This document shows positions 40,723-49,824 of a stretch of 63,530 nucleotides of DNA, piece by piece. The translations under genes and the position numbers were made by a program. Each line of letters opens with the position of its first letter. Positions within the stretch are counted from its first letter, which is position 1. The notes below the pieces were generated by a model, which was given only the letters and a program-made list of their open reading frames with translations, was not told the origin of the DNA and ran no database searches. Where the stretch lies: positions 1 through 63,530 of IMG/VR virus record IMGVR_UViG_3300009705_000016. One strand, 5' to 3'. The DNA comes from a virus. Taxonomy: Duplodnaviria; Caudoviricetes.

Positions 40723-41814
40723 TTATGTTATACTTATATTTTTTGTTATTTTTAAATTATAACTACTGTTATTAGTGCCCATTACAGTAGAATCAAAAAA
40801 CCTCCTTACTAATGATAACTCACTATTAGTTTGTGTAAAGTTAACTTCAAAATTATCTTTAGCTTTAGGTATACCTTTAAGTTGTTTTAGTTTGTCTGGC
40901 AACTCTACCTTATCAAAATATTTTTTATATTTCTTTGTGTCATAATTTAATAATGTTATGGCAAACTTTAATAAATTTATTTTATATGGGTCTACAATCT
41001 CCTGTTTTAAACCATCACTATATTTTGTTCTAGTTTTAGTTAAATTAGTTATTAATTCGTTAGTTCTGTAAGATATTAGTTCTTTTGCGTATTCATATCT
41101 ATGGTGTGAATCCATATACCTTATAATCTTATCACTCATTAATTTATCAATAAAAAATAAGTATTCATTAGGGTATGTTAAACTGTCAGTATATTCATGA
41201 CCTACAGAACCAAAGGCGTTAGAACAAAATATTTCTAGTGTTTTTGATGTTGCGGAAACGTCTGATAGTAGGTTGGTGGTACTTGTACCTGTGGTTAAGT
41301 TAAAGTTAACTAGTCCGTTATTAGAACTTCCACTTAAGTAACCCCCCACACCTGATGATATCAGGTTTAACTTGTCTACAGAATTTGTTAATTTTAATTG
41401 TCTTTCTTTTAGTTCTATTAAAAATTGTAGTAACAACCCTCTTAAGTCTTTCCAAGAACTCTTAGCGTGTTTTAATAACACTTTCTTCACATACTCCTCA
41501 TCATCTACATTAGCACCAAAAGGGATTTCTTGTTGTATTCCTGTAGTCTGTGCCGTTATAGAGTTATGAAGTTCTCTATATTTACCTTCAAGTCTTTTTA
41601 AAGCGTCAACTGGAAACCCAACCAAATCCATACTTGTGTCCATAATATTACCCCATTCATATTTTACATGTCTAAAACTTTCTTCCAACACTCCATGCCC
41701 TTTTTGTGTATATAACCCTATAAACCCAGAATTAATAAATTCACTATAGTTTTTAGCGTCCGTTAAAAACGTATTATAGATAGTTTTATATTTAGTTTCT
41801 CCCGTTAATACCAT
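40723..41814 (-). CDS. Hypothetical protein (363 aa)
   Basis: Translationally coupled ORF in the baseplate operon. Confidence 0.55.
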   Translation of the reverse strand: MVLTGETKYKTIYNTFLTDAKNYSEFINSGFIGLYTQKGHGVLEESFRHVKYEWGNIMDTSMDLVGFPVDALKRLEGKYRELHNSITAQTTGIQQEIPFGANVDDEEYVKKVLLKHAKSSWKDLRGLLLQFLIELKERQLKLTNSVDKLNLISSGVGGYLSGSSNNGLVNFNLTTGTSTTNLLSDVSATSKTLEIFCSNAFGSVGHEYTDSLTYPNEYLFFIDKLMSDKIIRYMDSHHRYEYAKELISYRTNELITNLTKTRTKYSDGLKQEIVDPYKINLLKFAITLLNYDTKKYKKYFDKVELPDKLKQLKGIPKAKDNFEVNFTQTNSELSLVRRFFDSTVMGTNNSSYNLKITKNISIT

Positions 41815-44800
41815 TATTCATCTAAATGTGATTCTTTTTTATTTGTCTCTCCAGTTTCACCATCAGAAGCGTCTGTACCACCCTCAGGTTTCTTAAAGAA
41901 GTTTCCGAAGTTGTTGGCTATTTCGTCTAGTGATTTCATAGATGAGAAATCGGATACACTTTGTTTTTGTGCTCTTTCATCGTAAAGTTCTGTGTTTGCA
42001 AAATAACTAAAAGATAGAGCGTTTTGTAATTTACTAACTGGTCCAGCAAGGCCTTGCCCTCCAATAAATTTAAAGTTAGTTTGTACACTAACTATCATAG
42101 GTTGTACTCCAATACCTTCTGGGTTTAAATCTAATAGGTTTTCATCGTATGAATAACTTATGGAGTCAAAAATCACTTTAGAGTGGTAAAAATCCCCTAT
42201 TCTAAGTACACATACAGGTGGGGGACCAAAAGCGGTGTTATCAGCATCAACTATTGTAGTACCTTGTTCTGTTACGGTAGGGATGGTTTTCCCTGGTCGA
42301 ACACATTGTAGTAAGAAAGTCAACCTAGAATTAAGTCCCTCAGGGGTCATAGAATGGAATCCAGGATGAAAGAATTTTAAATTGTCTCTCATTGATTGGT
42401 ATAGGAATGGATATTGTTCTTTTAAGAAGGTGAAATAGTTTGATTCCCCTAATAGTTTTCTAATTATACTAGTTACAGTAGCTCTTTTGTCTGTATACCC
42501 TATACGAAATCCTGAATTTACAGTACCTTGATTTACGTTCTTCACATCTAAGTGACTTTTTTCAGCGTCCTCATTTTGATTATTTTCAATATCTTGAGCT
42601 TCTTTTTCTGTTTGTGTTCCACCTATATCTTTTTCACTAGATAAATGATTTAATGTGGTATTATTTGGGTCAGCATTAACATCGTCTGTAACATCTGGTG
42701 AACCACCAGCTAAAGCTATTTGTATTTGACTAAGAAATTCAAAACTTAAGTTTGGGTACTGTTCTGCTAGTTGGTATATGTCGTACTTTTTACACCCAGT
42801 AAAAAAAGCGTCTAGGACCGCATCAGCTTCAACATCTGGGATTCCTTTTAATTGTGTATCAATTATCGCATTAAGTATTGCTGGATGGTCAACTACTATT
42901 TTCCAAGAAAGAGTACCTAACCTTTCTGTGTAATTATAAGTGTATATCGGTTCTGGTCTACCTAAGAAATTTGTACTACTCCAACTTGCTGAGTTTGTAT
43001 CACCAACTGATATATCATAAGGTGGGAACCACATTATTCTTCCACCGTTTGGTCCTTTTTCAGAAGCGGGTAGTTTGGTATGTTCACTTGTACCTCTCCA
43101 TGATAAATTTTCAATAGCAAACATATACTTTTTAACTTTAGTCCCATCAGGCATCGTAGTTGACTTACCACCATCAAGATTAGTCGGTGCTATATTTAAA
43201 TTGAATGTGGAGTCTAATATAGAATCCGTGTTTTTCCATTGGTTACCCTTTGACCTAACTAAATTCTTATAACTAGTATAAGGCCTATCTTTTGTCCAAG
43301 CTCTACAATATTCGACACAATTCCAAACAACTTCTCCTGGTGAAAAATCTACCACTCTAGAACCTTTTGATATGTTTTTATAACCGTCGTTAAAAACTTT
43401 GGCTACCTGGTCTATAGCGTTACCAGCGTGTTTCCATTTTGCCCCACCATAAGATGGTGCTGAATCTATTAATTTTTGTGTATAATCTAATAACCCCCCT
43501 TTCTTTTTAGGTTTTAAATCCGACCTTGTGGAAAAGAACATCATAGATGAGTCTAATGATTGTACTGAGTTTCTACCAAACCACGTAAACCCACCCTCAA
43601 TAGTACCGCCATCTATCATAGCACTACCTAATGAACCAAGTTGGTAGTATCTCCATAAAGCTCTACCATCTACATTATCCCATTCTTTATAAACTTCAGA
43701 AGGTCCATAAACTAAAGCTCTCATTTGTCTACCAAAAACATCTTTAGGGGTAGCATCTATTGGTGACTGTATTAATCCAGGTTCTGTGTTCTTACTACCA
43801 ACGTAATAGTTTGAAAGGGGTGCTTCTAGGGAAGAATCTACCTCTACTCTAGTATAATCGGGCCTATATCTATTATAATTAAGATTATTAAATAAGACCG
43901 ATTGTTGGTCTTTACCCATATGTTCTACAAACTTGTCAGAAGGAGCTGGTACACTCATAGGGGTATTAGGTAATGGGTTAGAATTTGTTATTCCGTTCCA
44001 TATACCATTTAATATCTGGGTTGCTTGCCCTATCATCGTAGTTTGTGAGATATTATTTGCTCCTTGTCCAACGATACTATTAATATCTAATGGTGTTACA
44101 GGCATAAAGTAAAATCCTGGTATTGATGAGTCTGTCGAATAAACACCCTCCAACCTAGAAAGGTAATCTGATTTAGGGGGTATTAACGCACCTGGAGAAG
44201 TAGTTACATTTAAACTAGCGTCACCACCTTCACTAATATTAAAATCAAATTTAGCTAAATTAAAACCTAAATTATCTTTTAGGTAGGGAAAAGAGGATTT
44301 TATTAAAGTTGAGTCATCTAGAACCATACCGTTTAGGGTTACTAATTGTCCGTTATTACTATTAACGGATTTCATTATCTCTATAGCTGTATAATTGGAG
44401 TAGGAGAACGTATCAAATGATAGCCCAGGTATAAATCCTTGTGGTTGGAGTGTATTTGGACTAATATATTCTAATTGTGCTTCTTTAACTAAATTAACTA
44501 CGTCTACGGTTAGTGGGTTACCGTAACCACCTTGTGGTCCATACTTATTTATTAAAAATTGTGTTTTTTTTAAAGGTATACCATTCATGTTTGTAACCTC
44601 TTCAGGAAGTGGAGAGTCTTTTACCGATTTCCAGGTTTGTTTGTCCACAATCACACTACCTGGTTCTTGGTCCCCGTTTGGTGGTATAGGGTTTCCTCTA
44701 TTTAAGTAAGACCCATCAAGGTTTCTTGCAAGTAAACTTTCTCTAAGAATTTGTGTACTCTTAATTGAGATGTCAAAATCTCCTTGACCCCATGGCCATG

Positions 44801-44828
44801 TTACTCCTGTATTTTTACCTACTGACAT
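41814..44828 (-). CDS. Baseplate/tail-tube initiator-like protein (gp48/gp54-type domains, putative)
   Basis: WFPPYDISVGD...FLGRPEPIYTYNYTER and PPVCVLRIGDFY segments; lies between tape measure and gp53-like genes. Confidence 0.5.
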   Translation of the reverse strand: MSVGKNTGVTWPWGQGDFDISIKSTQILRESLLARNLDGSYLNRGNPIPPNGDQEPGSVIVDKQTWKSVKDSPLPEEVTNMNGIPLKKTQFLINKYGPQGGYGNPLTVDVVNLVKEAQLEYISPNTLQPQGFIPGLSFDTFSYSNYTAIEIMKSVNSNNGQLVTLNGMVLDDSTLIKSSFPYLKDNLGFNLAKFDFNISEGGDASLNVTTSPGALIPPKSDYLSRLEGVYSTDSSIPGFYFMPVTPLDINSIVGQGANNISQTTMIGQATQILNGIWNGITNSNPLPNTPMSVPAPSDKFVEHMGKDQQSVLFNNLNYNRYRPDYTRVEVDSSLEAPLSNYYVGSKNTEPGLIQSPIDATPKDVFGRQMRALVYGPSEVYKEWDNVDGRALWRYYQLGSLGSAMIDGGTIEGGFTWFGRNSVQSLDSSMMFFSTRSDLKPKKKGGLLDYTQKLIDSAPSYGGAKWKHAGNAIDQVAKVFNDGYKNISKGSRVVDFSPGEVVWNCVEYCRAWTKDRPYTSYKNLVRSKGNQWKNTDSILDSTFNLNIAPTNLDGGKSTTMPDGTKVKKYMFAIENLSWRGTSEHTKLPASEKGPNGGRIMWFPPYDISVGDTNSASWSSTNFLGRPEPIYTYNYTERLGTLSWKIVVDHPAILNAIIDTQLKGIPDVEADAVLDAFFTGCKKYDIYQLAEQYPNLSFEFLSQIQIALAGGSPDVTDDVNADPNNTTLNHLSSEKDIGGTQTEKEAQDIENNQNEDAEKSHLDVKNVNQGTVNSGFRIGYTDKRATVTSIIRKLLGESNYFTFLKEQYPFLYQSMRDNLKFFHPGFHSMTPEGLNSRLTFLLQCVRPGKTIPTVTEQGTTIVDADNTAFGPPPVCVLRIGDFYHSKVIFDSISYSYDENLLDLNPEGIGVQPMIVSVQTNFKFIGGQGLAGPVSKLQNALSFSYFANTELYDERAQKQSVSDFSSMKSLDEIANNFGNFFKKPEGGTDASDGETGETNKKESHLDE

Positions 44829-44846
44829 ATTTTAATCTCTTTTATT

Positions 44847-44853
44847 ATAAATA
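44847..44853 (-). promoter_or_regulatory. TATTTAT element (putative late promoter)
   Basis: 18 nt upstream of ATG 44828. Confidence 0.55.
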
Positions 44854-44877
44854 GGTTATCTAACCATTTTCTAACCA

Positions 44878-47040
44878 TTATGGTGTTGTAGAGTTTTTAT
44901 TACTCTTACTCACACCTAAAGCTATCTCATCAAATAAAGGAGGTAATACCTCTCTAACTTGACTAGGTGTCAATCTTAGTGTGTTACCATCATATTTTAT
45001 TTCTAAGGGCCCAAAAGTAATATTTGTAGCATTTCCACCTACGACCGGAGGTGTAGGTGGACTATTCATATACTGATTTATTAAAGTTTGTCCTTCTGGT
45101 GTGTTCTTCAAATATTCTTCTATCATCTCTGGACCTGGAAATAACCCACCACCTTGTGAGGCATATGGGTCGGATTCACCTTTTTTACTACCAGTGAAGG
45201 CCTTATTTATCGCAGGAGTTAATGGGGAACCCTTTAAAGCTTCTGAGTTAAAGAGGTCTGGTATTCCCTGCCCAAACGTACCCATCAAATCTGTAATTCC
45301 AGGTGGTGTTGTTGTACCTGAAGGCATAAAAGTACCCATACCTTCACCTGTTAAAAAAGCACCTAATCCTGAATTTGCAAGTTCACTAGCAAAATCTTGT
45401 GCTGTTGTACCTAATAGTCCACCCGCTGCAGCTTGTGTTAATATATTTTGTATTATAGCTGTATTTGCTGCCATACCTTCTTGTACAGATAACTGAGCCT
45501 TATTAACCTCTTCCAAATTTAACGAATCTTTATTAGATTGTTTTCGTAATTGTTCTAATAAAGCTCCTTTATCTTTTTGTATTGCGTCCCCTAATTGGTC
45601 GAAACTCAGTTCATCTTTCCCCAATGTAACACTAAATGTACCGTCTGGGTTAATGTCCGCCATGGACGCAATCAACTTTTTATCTTGTTCGTTTAATTCT
45701 GGGATTCCACCTAGTTTTCCAATAGCCTGGGTTTTTTTAGCTGCTCTAACTGCCGTCTCCGCTAAGTTAGTATAATCCTGACCTGTAGCTTCCGCTAAAG
45801 ATTTTAACCTCATCCTTTCTCCTGGTGAGATGCCAAATTCTCCGGTTTCTTTATTGAACATCACAGCACTCTCTGCTGTTTTTATAATTGATGCTTGTAG
45901 AGCTTCAACATCGTTTTGAGCCATGTACATTAGTTGGAATGGGTCTAGTAGTTCACTAGCTGCTCCACCAATCATTTGTAACTGAGCTGCCATTTCTATC
46001 GCACCTTCCGGTGTAAATGCTTTATCTGCCGCTGCTAATGCATTTTCAAAATTATACCCTAACACCTGAGCTTCTGCAACCATTGAATGTAAACCATTAA
46101 CACCATTTGAAAAACCGTATGTGTTTATTTTATCCATATTGGCCTCTACTGTTGGTAGGAATTTGGCAATTACCGCTCCATACCTCCCGGCTGTTGCTAT
46201 CGCATCTTTTGTACTTTCTATAGCTTCTTTAGACCCCTTCCCAATTTTATCAAATTCTGCTATCATATTCGCCATATCCATATCGTATATTTCTTCTAAC
46301 TTAGTAGCATTTATTAATGATTCTTTAGGTAATATAAAAGCTCTTCCGGTGGCAAGTGCGGTTTCTTTTAACATCTTCATCGCGTCATTAGCTGTTAAAG
46401 CCCAACCCGTAAATTCTGATGATGCATCTGTAACGGTTGTAATTATATCACTCATAAACGCCTCATCCATACCCATCACGTTTATGATGTCTTTACGCAT
46501 GCCGTCTGTTAGAGATATAATATCCATATAAACCCCCATCTTATCAGCTGCTTCTAATTTACCACCATTAATTACATCAGTCATTTTGGACAACATGTCC
46601 ATAGATTCATTCATTGTTAAATCCGCTTGACTTCTAGCTTTTGAAAGTTCTCTGAGCATCTTGGCCATCTCGTTGTCACCACTATAACCTCGTCCCCTGG
46701 TACTACTACTATCAGTACCAGTTCTTCGCATGTAATCCTCAACAGCTTTGTCAAAACTTGCTTGGGTTACTTTGACATCTTTATTGTCTGAGTCTTTAAG
46801 TATTACGTCAGCATATGATGGTAGTGGGTTTTTGATTCCTTCTTGTTTTGCTAGGTATAAGGATATCTGGTTACCTTTTGGTCCTAATTTTTTAATAGAC
46901 TTAACCCTAGCAGCATAGTTAGGTTCGTCTACCGTGTTAAAAATACCCAAAGGCACTCCCAATTCTGGGTGTGAAGCTAAATAAGGTTTACCGTGTGATA
47001 AAAACCTTTCAATATGAAATTGTTTGCGTGTGTTAAACAT
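44878..47040 (-). CDS. Tape measure protein (putative)
   Basis: Ala/Met-rich helical 720-aa ORF directly after the tube and chaperone genes. Confidence 0.65.
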   Translation of the reverse strand: MFNTRKQFHIERFLSHGKPYLASHPELGVPLGIFNTVDEPNYAARVKSIKKLGPKGNQISLYLAKQEGIKNPLPSYADVILKDSDNKDVKVTQASFDKAVEDYMRRTGTDSSSTRGRGYSGDNEMAKMLRELSKARSQADLTMNESMDMLSKMTDVINGGKLEAADKMGVYMDIISLTDGMRKDIINVMGMDEAFMSDIITTVTDASSEFTGWALTANDAMKMLKETALATGRAFILPKESLINATKLEEIYDMDMANMIAEFDKIGKGSKEAIESTKDAIATAGRYGAVIAKFLPTVEANMDKINTYGFSNGVNGLHSMVAEAQVLGYNFENALAAADKAFTPEGAIEMAAQLQMIGGAASELLDPFQLMYMAQNDVEALQASIIKTAESAVMFNKETGEFGISPGERMRLKSLAEATGQDYTNLAETAVRAAKKTQAIGKLGGIPELNEQDKKLIASMADINPDGTFSVTLGKDELSFDQLGDAIQKDKGALLEQLRKQSNKDSLNLEEVNKAQLSVQEGMAANTAIIQNILTQAAAGGLLGTTAQDFASELANSGLGAFLTGEGMGTFMPSGTTTPPGITDLMGTFGQGIPDLFNSEALKGSPLTPAINKAFTGSKKGESDPYASQGGGLFPGPEMIEEYLKNTPEGQTLINQYMNSPPTPPVVGGNATNITFGPLEIKYDGNTLRLTPSQVREVLPPLFDEIALGVSKSNKNSTTP

Positions 47041-47055
47041 ATAGTTCTTTTAACT

Positions 47056-47062
47056 ATAAATA
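47056..47062 (-). promoter_or_regulatory. TATTTAT element (putative late promoter)
   Basis: 15 nt upstream of ATG 47040. Confidence 0.55.
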
Positions 47063-47063
47063 T

Positions 47064-47264
47064 TTACCTTTTGGCTTTATTTCGTTGTTGTTCTATTGCT
47101 TGATTTTTCTTACCTATTTCTTCTACAAATTTATCTAAATAAAACCGTCTTTCAAATATTGGCATATTTAAAATATCCTGTCTAGTAAAATTAAAGTTTT
47201 TTGTTAGATAATAAATCTCTTCCAACAGCGCATACCTATAGCCCGAAGAAAGGACGAAAAAAAT
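47064..47264 (-). CDS. Overlapping +1-frame ORF with no ATG at its 5' end; tail chaperone extension (gpT/gp51-like), not in ORF track
   Basis: Reads IFFVLSSGYRYALLEEIYYLTKNFNFTRQDILNMPIFERRFYLDKFVEEIGKKNQAIEQQRNKAKR*; fills the gap between chaperone and tape measure genes. Confidence 0.75.
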   Translation of the reverse strand: MFFVLSSGYRYALLEEIYYLTKNFNFTRQDILNMPIFERRFYLDKFVEEIGKKNQAIEQQRNKAKR

Positions 47265-47994
47265 TCAAACCAAAATTAATCTGGTATGTTATTTTGTCAC
47301 CTGAAGGTGCTGTAGCCACTTTATTGATGTCTAGTCCTGGTTCTACGGACTTTAAAAACTTTTTAATTTGCTGTGAATCTTTTAGGGGTAATGTGTGGAT
47401 TGCTACTGAAATGGTCATCGCGTCTCTTTCACCGTCCAATTCAATAATACATTTTTCTAATCTTTTTGTAGCCATAGGTTTTACCTTCATACCTTCATAA
47501 CTTTTTTCTAACTCCGTTAACTGTGCCTCATCTTTAGGGGTTATTAGTTTTAATTTACAACTTTTACCGGATACGGGAAGTTTAAAATCAAATAAACCAT
47601 TTTTATCTGGTTCTATACCAACTTCTTTAGTTTTTAAAATAGATAAATCTTCCGTATGTTCGAATTCCTGGTTGGTTTTTGGGTCTGTTAATTTAAATTT
47701 ATACTCTGGACCAAAAGCGGTATTTCTTAAGAATACAAAAATAGCTTGTTTATCACATTCAGCTAAATCCATCACTTCAACATCTTTATCCAATATTTTT
47801 GCTTTCAATAAAGTATCCATTAATTCACCAGACTGAGAAAGGCTAGGTGATGTTAAAATATTTTCATCAGATGCCGTTAGGTAAGCTACTTTTAAATTTT
47901 TTTTCTTATTTGTGTAAAAAATACCTTTAGAAGGTAGTTCTACAATATCGTATGAGATATTTGGTGATATTTCTGATGTTTGTAAGTTTTCCAT
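47236..47994 (-). CDS. Tail assembly chaperone / T4 gp26-like hub assembly protein
   Basis: IVELPSKG, YLTASDENIL, FKLPVSGK and C-terminal FGLNFFRP; between tube and tape measure genes. Confidence 0.7.
   Translation of the reverse strand: MENLQTSEISPNISYDIVELPSKGIFYTNKKKNLKVAYLTASDENILTSPSLSQSGELMDTLLKAKILDKDVEVMDLAECDKQAIFVFLRNTAFGPEYKFKLTDPKTNQEFEHTEDLSILKTKEVGIEPDKNGLFDFKLPVSGKSCKLKLITPKDEAQLTELEKSYEGMKVKPMATKRLEKCIIELDGERDAMTISVAIHTLPLKDSQQIKKFLKSVEPGLDINKVATAPSGDKITYQINFGLNFFRPFFGL
47253..47263 (-). other. Putative +1 ribosomal frameshift site T TTT TTT CGT C
   Basis: T7 run then CGT C near the chaperone 3' end, exactly where the +1 frame opens (TGA at 47265-47267 closes that frame upstream). 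Confidence 0.6.
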
Positions 47995-48049
47995 TTTTTA
48001 TTTAATAATATTTTATTACTAATAATATAAAAATTTACTTATGAAGTGA

Positions 48050-48056
48050 ATAAATA
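48050..48056 (-). promoter_or_regulatory. TATTTAT element (putative late promoter)
   Basis: 55 nt upstream of ATG 47994; overlaps a weaker TTCACT-N17-TATTAT. Confidence 0.35.
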
Positions 48057-48078
48057 TATACAATAACTATTATAAAAT

Positions 48079-48103
48079 AAAAAACTCACATAACTGTGAG
48101 TTT
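48079..48103 (-). terminator. Rho-independent terminator after the tail tube gene
   Basis: Minus strand aaactcaca-gtta-tgtgagtttttt. Confidence 0.8.
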
Positions 48104-48127
48104 CTTAATATTATATTTAAAATTAAA

Positions 48128-48616
48128 TTAGTAAACTAATATACATCTATCTGGTCTTAGTGTTGCTGCTATATTTGCCATACCCTCATCACTATAAGAT
48201 AGGTCATTGAAGTTTACGTCTGTTAAGAAACATCCTTGTAGTACCCACTTTTCTACCACTACCCCTGTTGGGTCTAACATTTCTAAATCTATATTCTTTT
48301 TATATCCAGCAGCGTAACCCATTCTACCTGTTACTGATTCTGCGTGTAATCTAACCCATTCCATCAATGCTTGTGAAGCTGAAGGACCAATCGGGTCTCT
48401 AAACGTTACATTGATTGTACCCCAAGTAAATCTACCAGCTACATACGTTGATGTATTTAGGAATGGTATTTCTACTGAACCTATTGTAACTTGTGGTCTT
48501 GATGTACTTTCTACGTACCACTCATTAATCCCTAAAGAAGAGTCAAATCTCATTATAAACCTATTCTTTTTCTTTGGTTCATACGGTACGGGCATTTTCA
48601 TTAATAAATCGGCCAT
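48128..48616 (-). CDS. Tail tube protein (T4 gp19-like)
   Basis: YEPKKKNRF, YVAGRFTWGTINVTFRD, GYAAGYKK, LDPTGVVVEKWVLQGCF. Confidence 0.9.
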   Translation of the reverse strand: MADLLMKMPVPYEPKKKNRFIMRFDSSLGINEWYVESTSRPQVTIGSVEIPFLNTSTYVAGRFTWGTINVTFRDPIGPSASQALMEWVRLHAESVTGRMGYAAGYKKNIDLEMLDPTGVVVEKWVLQGCFLTDVNFNDLSYSDEGMANIAATLRPDRCILVY

Positions 48617-48651
48617 GTTTTTTTAATTTTTAATTTTTTATTTCTTTATAT

Positions 48652-48658
48652 ATAAATA
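48652..48658 (-). promoter_or_regulatory. TATTTAT element (putative late promoter)
   Basis: 35 nt upstream of tube ATG 48616. Confidence 0.55.
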
Positions 48659-48679
48659 TACGTTTGCAGCAAAATAGTA

Positions 48680-49543
48680 TTAACTATCAATCTTAGATAC
48701 TATAATCTTATTTTTTTCTCCTTGTGATGTGTCATAAATAAAAAATTCCACACCAGGATATTCTATAGATAATTCTTTTTTGATAAAATCCATAACAGAT
48801 TCTATATTTTTTCTATCATCATCACTAAACCCAATACTTAATCTATCGTATTCTCCATCTGTTAATTTTTTAACTCCATTCACAACCTTTTCTACATAAT
48901 CTCTTAATGCTATTTTTTTACCTTCTTCTGGTCTATCAGCAGCAGCAGAATCCAAACCAAACTTATCTTTAAACTCTGAAGATGTAACTGGCGAATAATC
49001 ATTTTGTGATAAATAAAAATCTATTTTTTCTTCCATGTTCATGTCTTGGGTTGAGGGGTATACATTTTCTATACTGTTTAACATTTGTTTGACTTCGGAT
49101 GGGTTAAAGGTCATACCAATTACAGTTCGGACACCTTCTTTTATTGCGTGAGGTGGTGTACCCCTTGCGGTAATAATGGAGAATGGGTGTGCGTTTATTA
49201 AAGATTCTTTAAGTTTTTCGAAACTAGGTGCAAACTTTTTATCTTCTATTGCTTTTTTAACATCTGAAATAAATGTTTGTGGTTCTTCAAAATCCATAAA
49301 AGAATGGTCCGTTAATCTATATTCACTATCATTTCTTACGTCCGCAAAATCTTCTGTACTTACATTTGTGGGTACCCAATCTAAACCATCTTTTTTTTCC
49401 ATCTTAATTTCGGTAGGCATAAAAAGTATATTATCATCCCAATCAAAAGCATAACCACGTATTTTATCTGTGGTCATTACCTCACCTATTTCTTTAATTA
49501 ATTTGGTTAATTGTATTTCTGTTAGAATTAAACTTCTTTTCAT
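48680..49543 (-). CDS. HAD-superfamily phosphatase/nucleotidase-like protein with N-terminal LTExQL leader
   Basis: Motif I YAFDWDDNIL, motif II IITARG, motif IV IGFSDDD. Confidence 0.65.
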   Translation of the reverse strand: MKRSLILTEIQLTKLIKEIGEVMTTDKIRGYAFDWDDNILFMPTEIKMEKKDGLDWVPTNVSTEDFADVRNDSEYRLTDHSFMDFEEPQTFISDVKKAIEDKKFAPSFEKLKESLINAHPFSIITARGTPPHAIKEGVRTVIGMTFNPSEVKQMLNSIENVYPSTQDMNMEEKIDFYLSQNDYSPVTSSEFKDKFGLDSAAADRPEEGKKIALRDYVEKVVNGVKKLTDGEYDRLSIGFSDDDRKNIESVMDFIKKELSIEYPGVEFFIYDTSQGEKNKIIVSKIDS

Positions 49544-49548
49544 ATACT

Positions 49549-49555
49549 ATAAATA
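49549..49555 (-). promoter_or_regulatory. TATTTAT element (putative late promoter)
   Basis: 5 nt upstream of ATG 49543; TATTTATAGTATATGAA is identical at 63243-63259. Confidence 0.6.
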
Positions 49556-49569
49556 TTAAGTTGTTAAAT

Positions 49570-49598
49570 AAAAAAACCCCACATTTCTGTAGGGTTTT
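49570..49598 (-). terminator. Rho-independent terminator
   Basis: Minus strand aaaaccctaca-gaaa-tgtgggg followed by a T run; GNRA loop. Confidence 0.8.
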
Positions 49599-49620
49599 AT
49601 TATATAGTAATATTACGTTA

Positions 49621-49812
49621 TTACCAGTGTCTCATTTTAATAGATTCTTCATATTCAACAAAACCTACAATTTTGTCTAATTTCTCGTTTATCTCAGCAA
49701 ATTGTTCGTCATAATTTTTAGAACTAGCACCAATAACCTCTTCTTCTTCTTTAATTATTGTTTTTTTAATTATGTTAATTAATTCACGTTCTGTTAGTCT
49801 TATTTTTTTCAT
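49621..49812 (-). CDS. Small protein with KIxLTExEL leader (63 aa)
   Basis: MKKIRLTERELINIIKKTIIKEEE. Confidence 0.7.
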   Translation of the reverse strand: MKKIRLTERELINIIKKTIIKEEEEVIGASSKNYDEQFAEINEKLDKIVGFVEYEESIKMRHW

Positions 49813-49824
49813 AATAATTTTATA

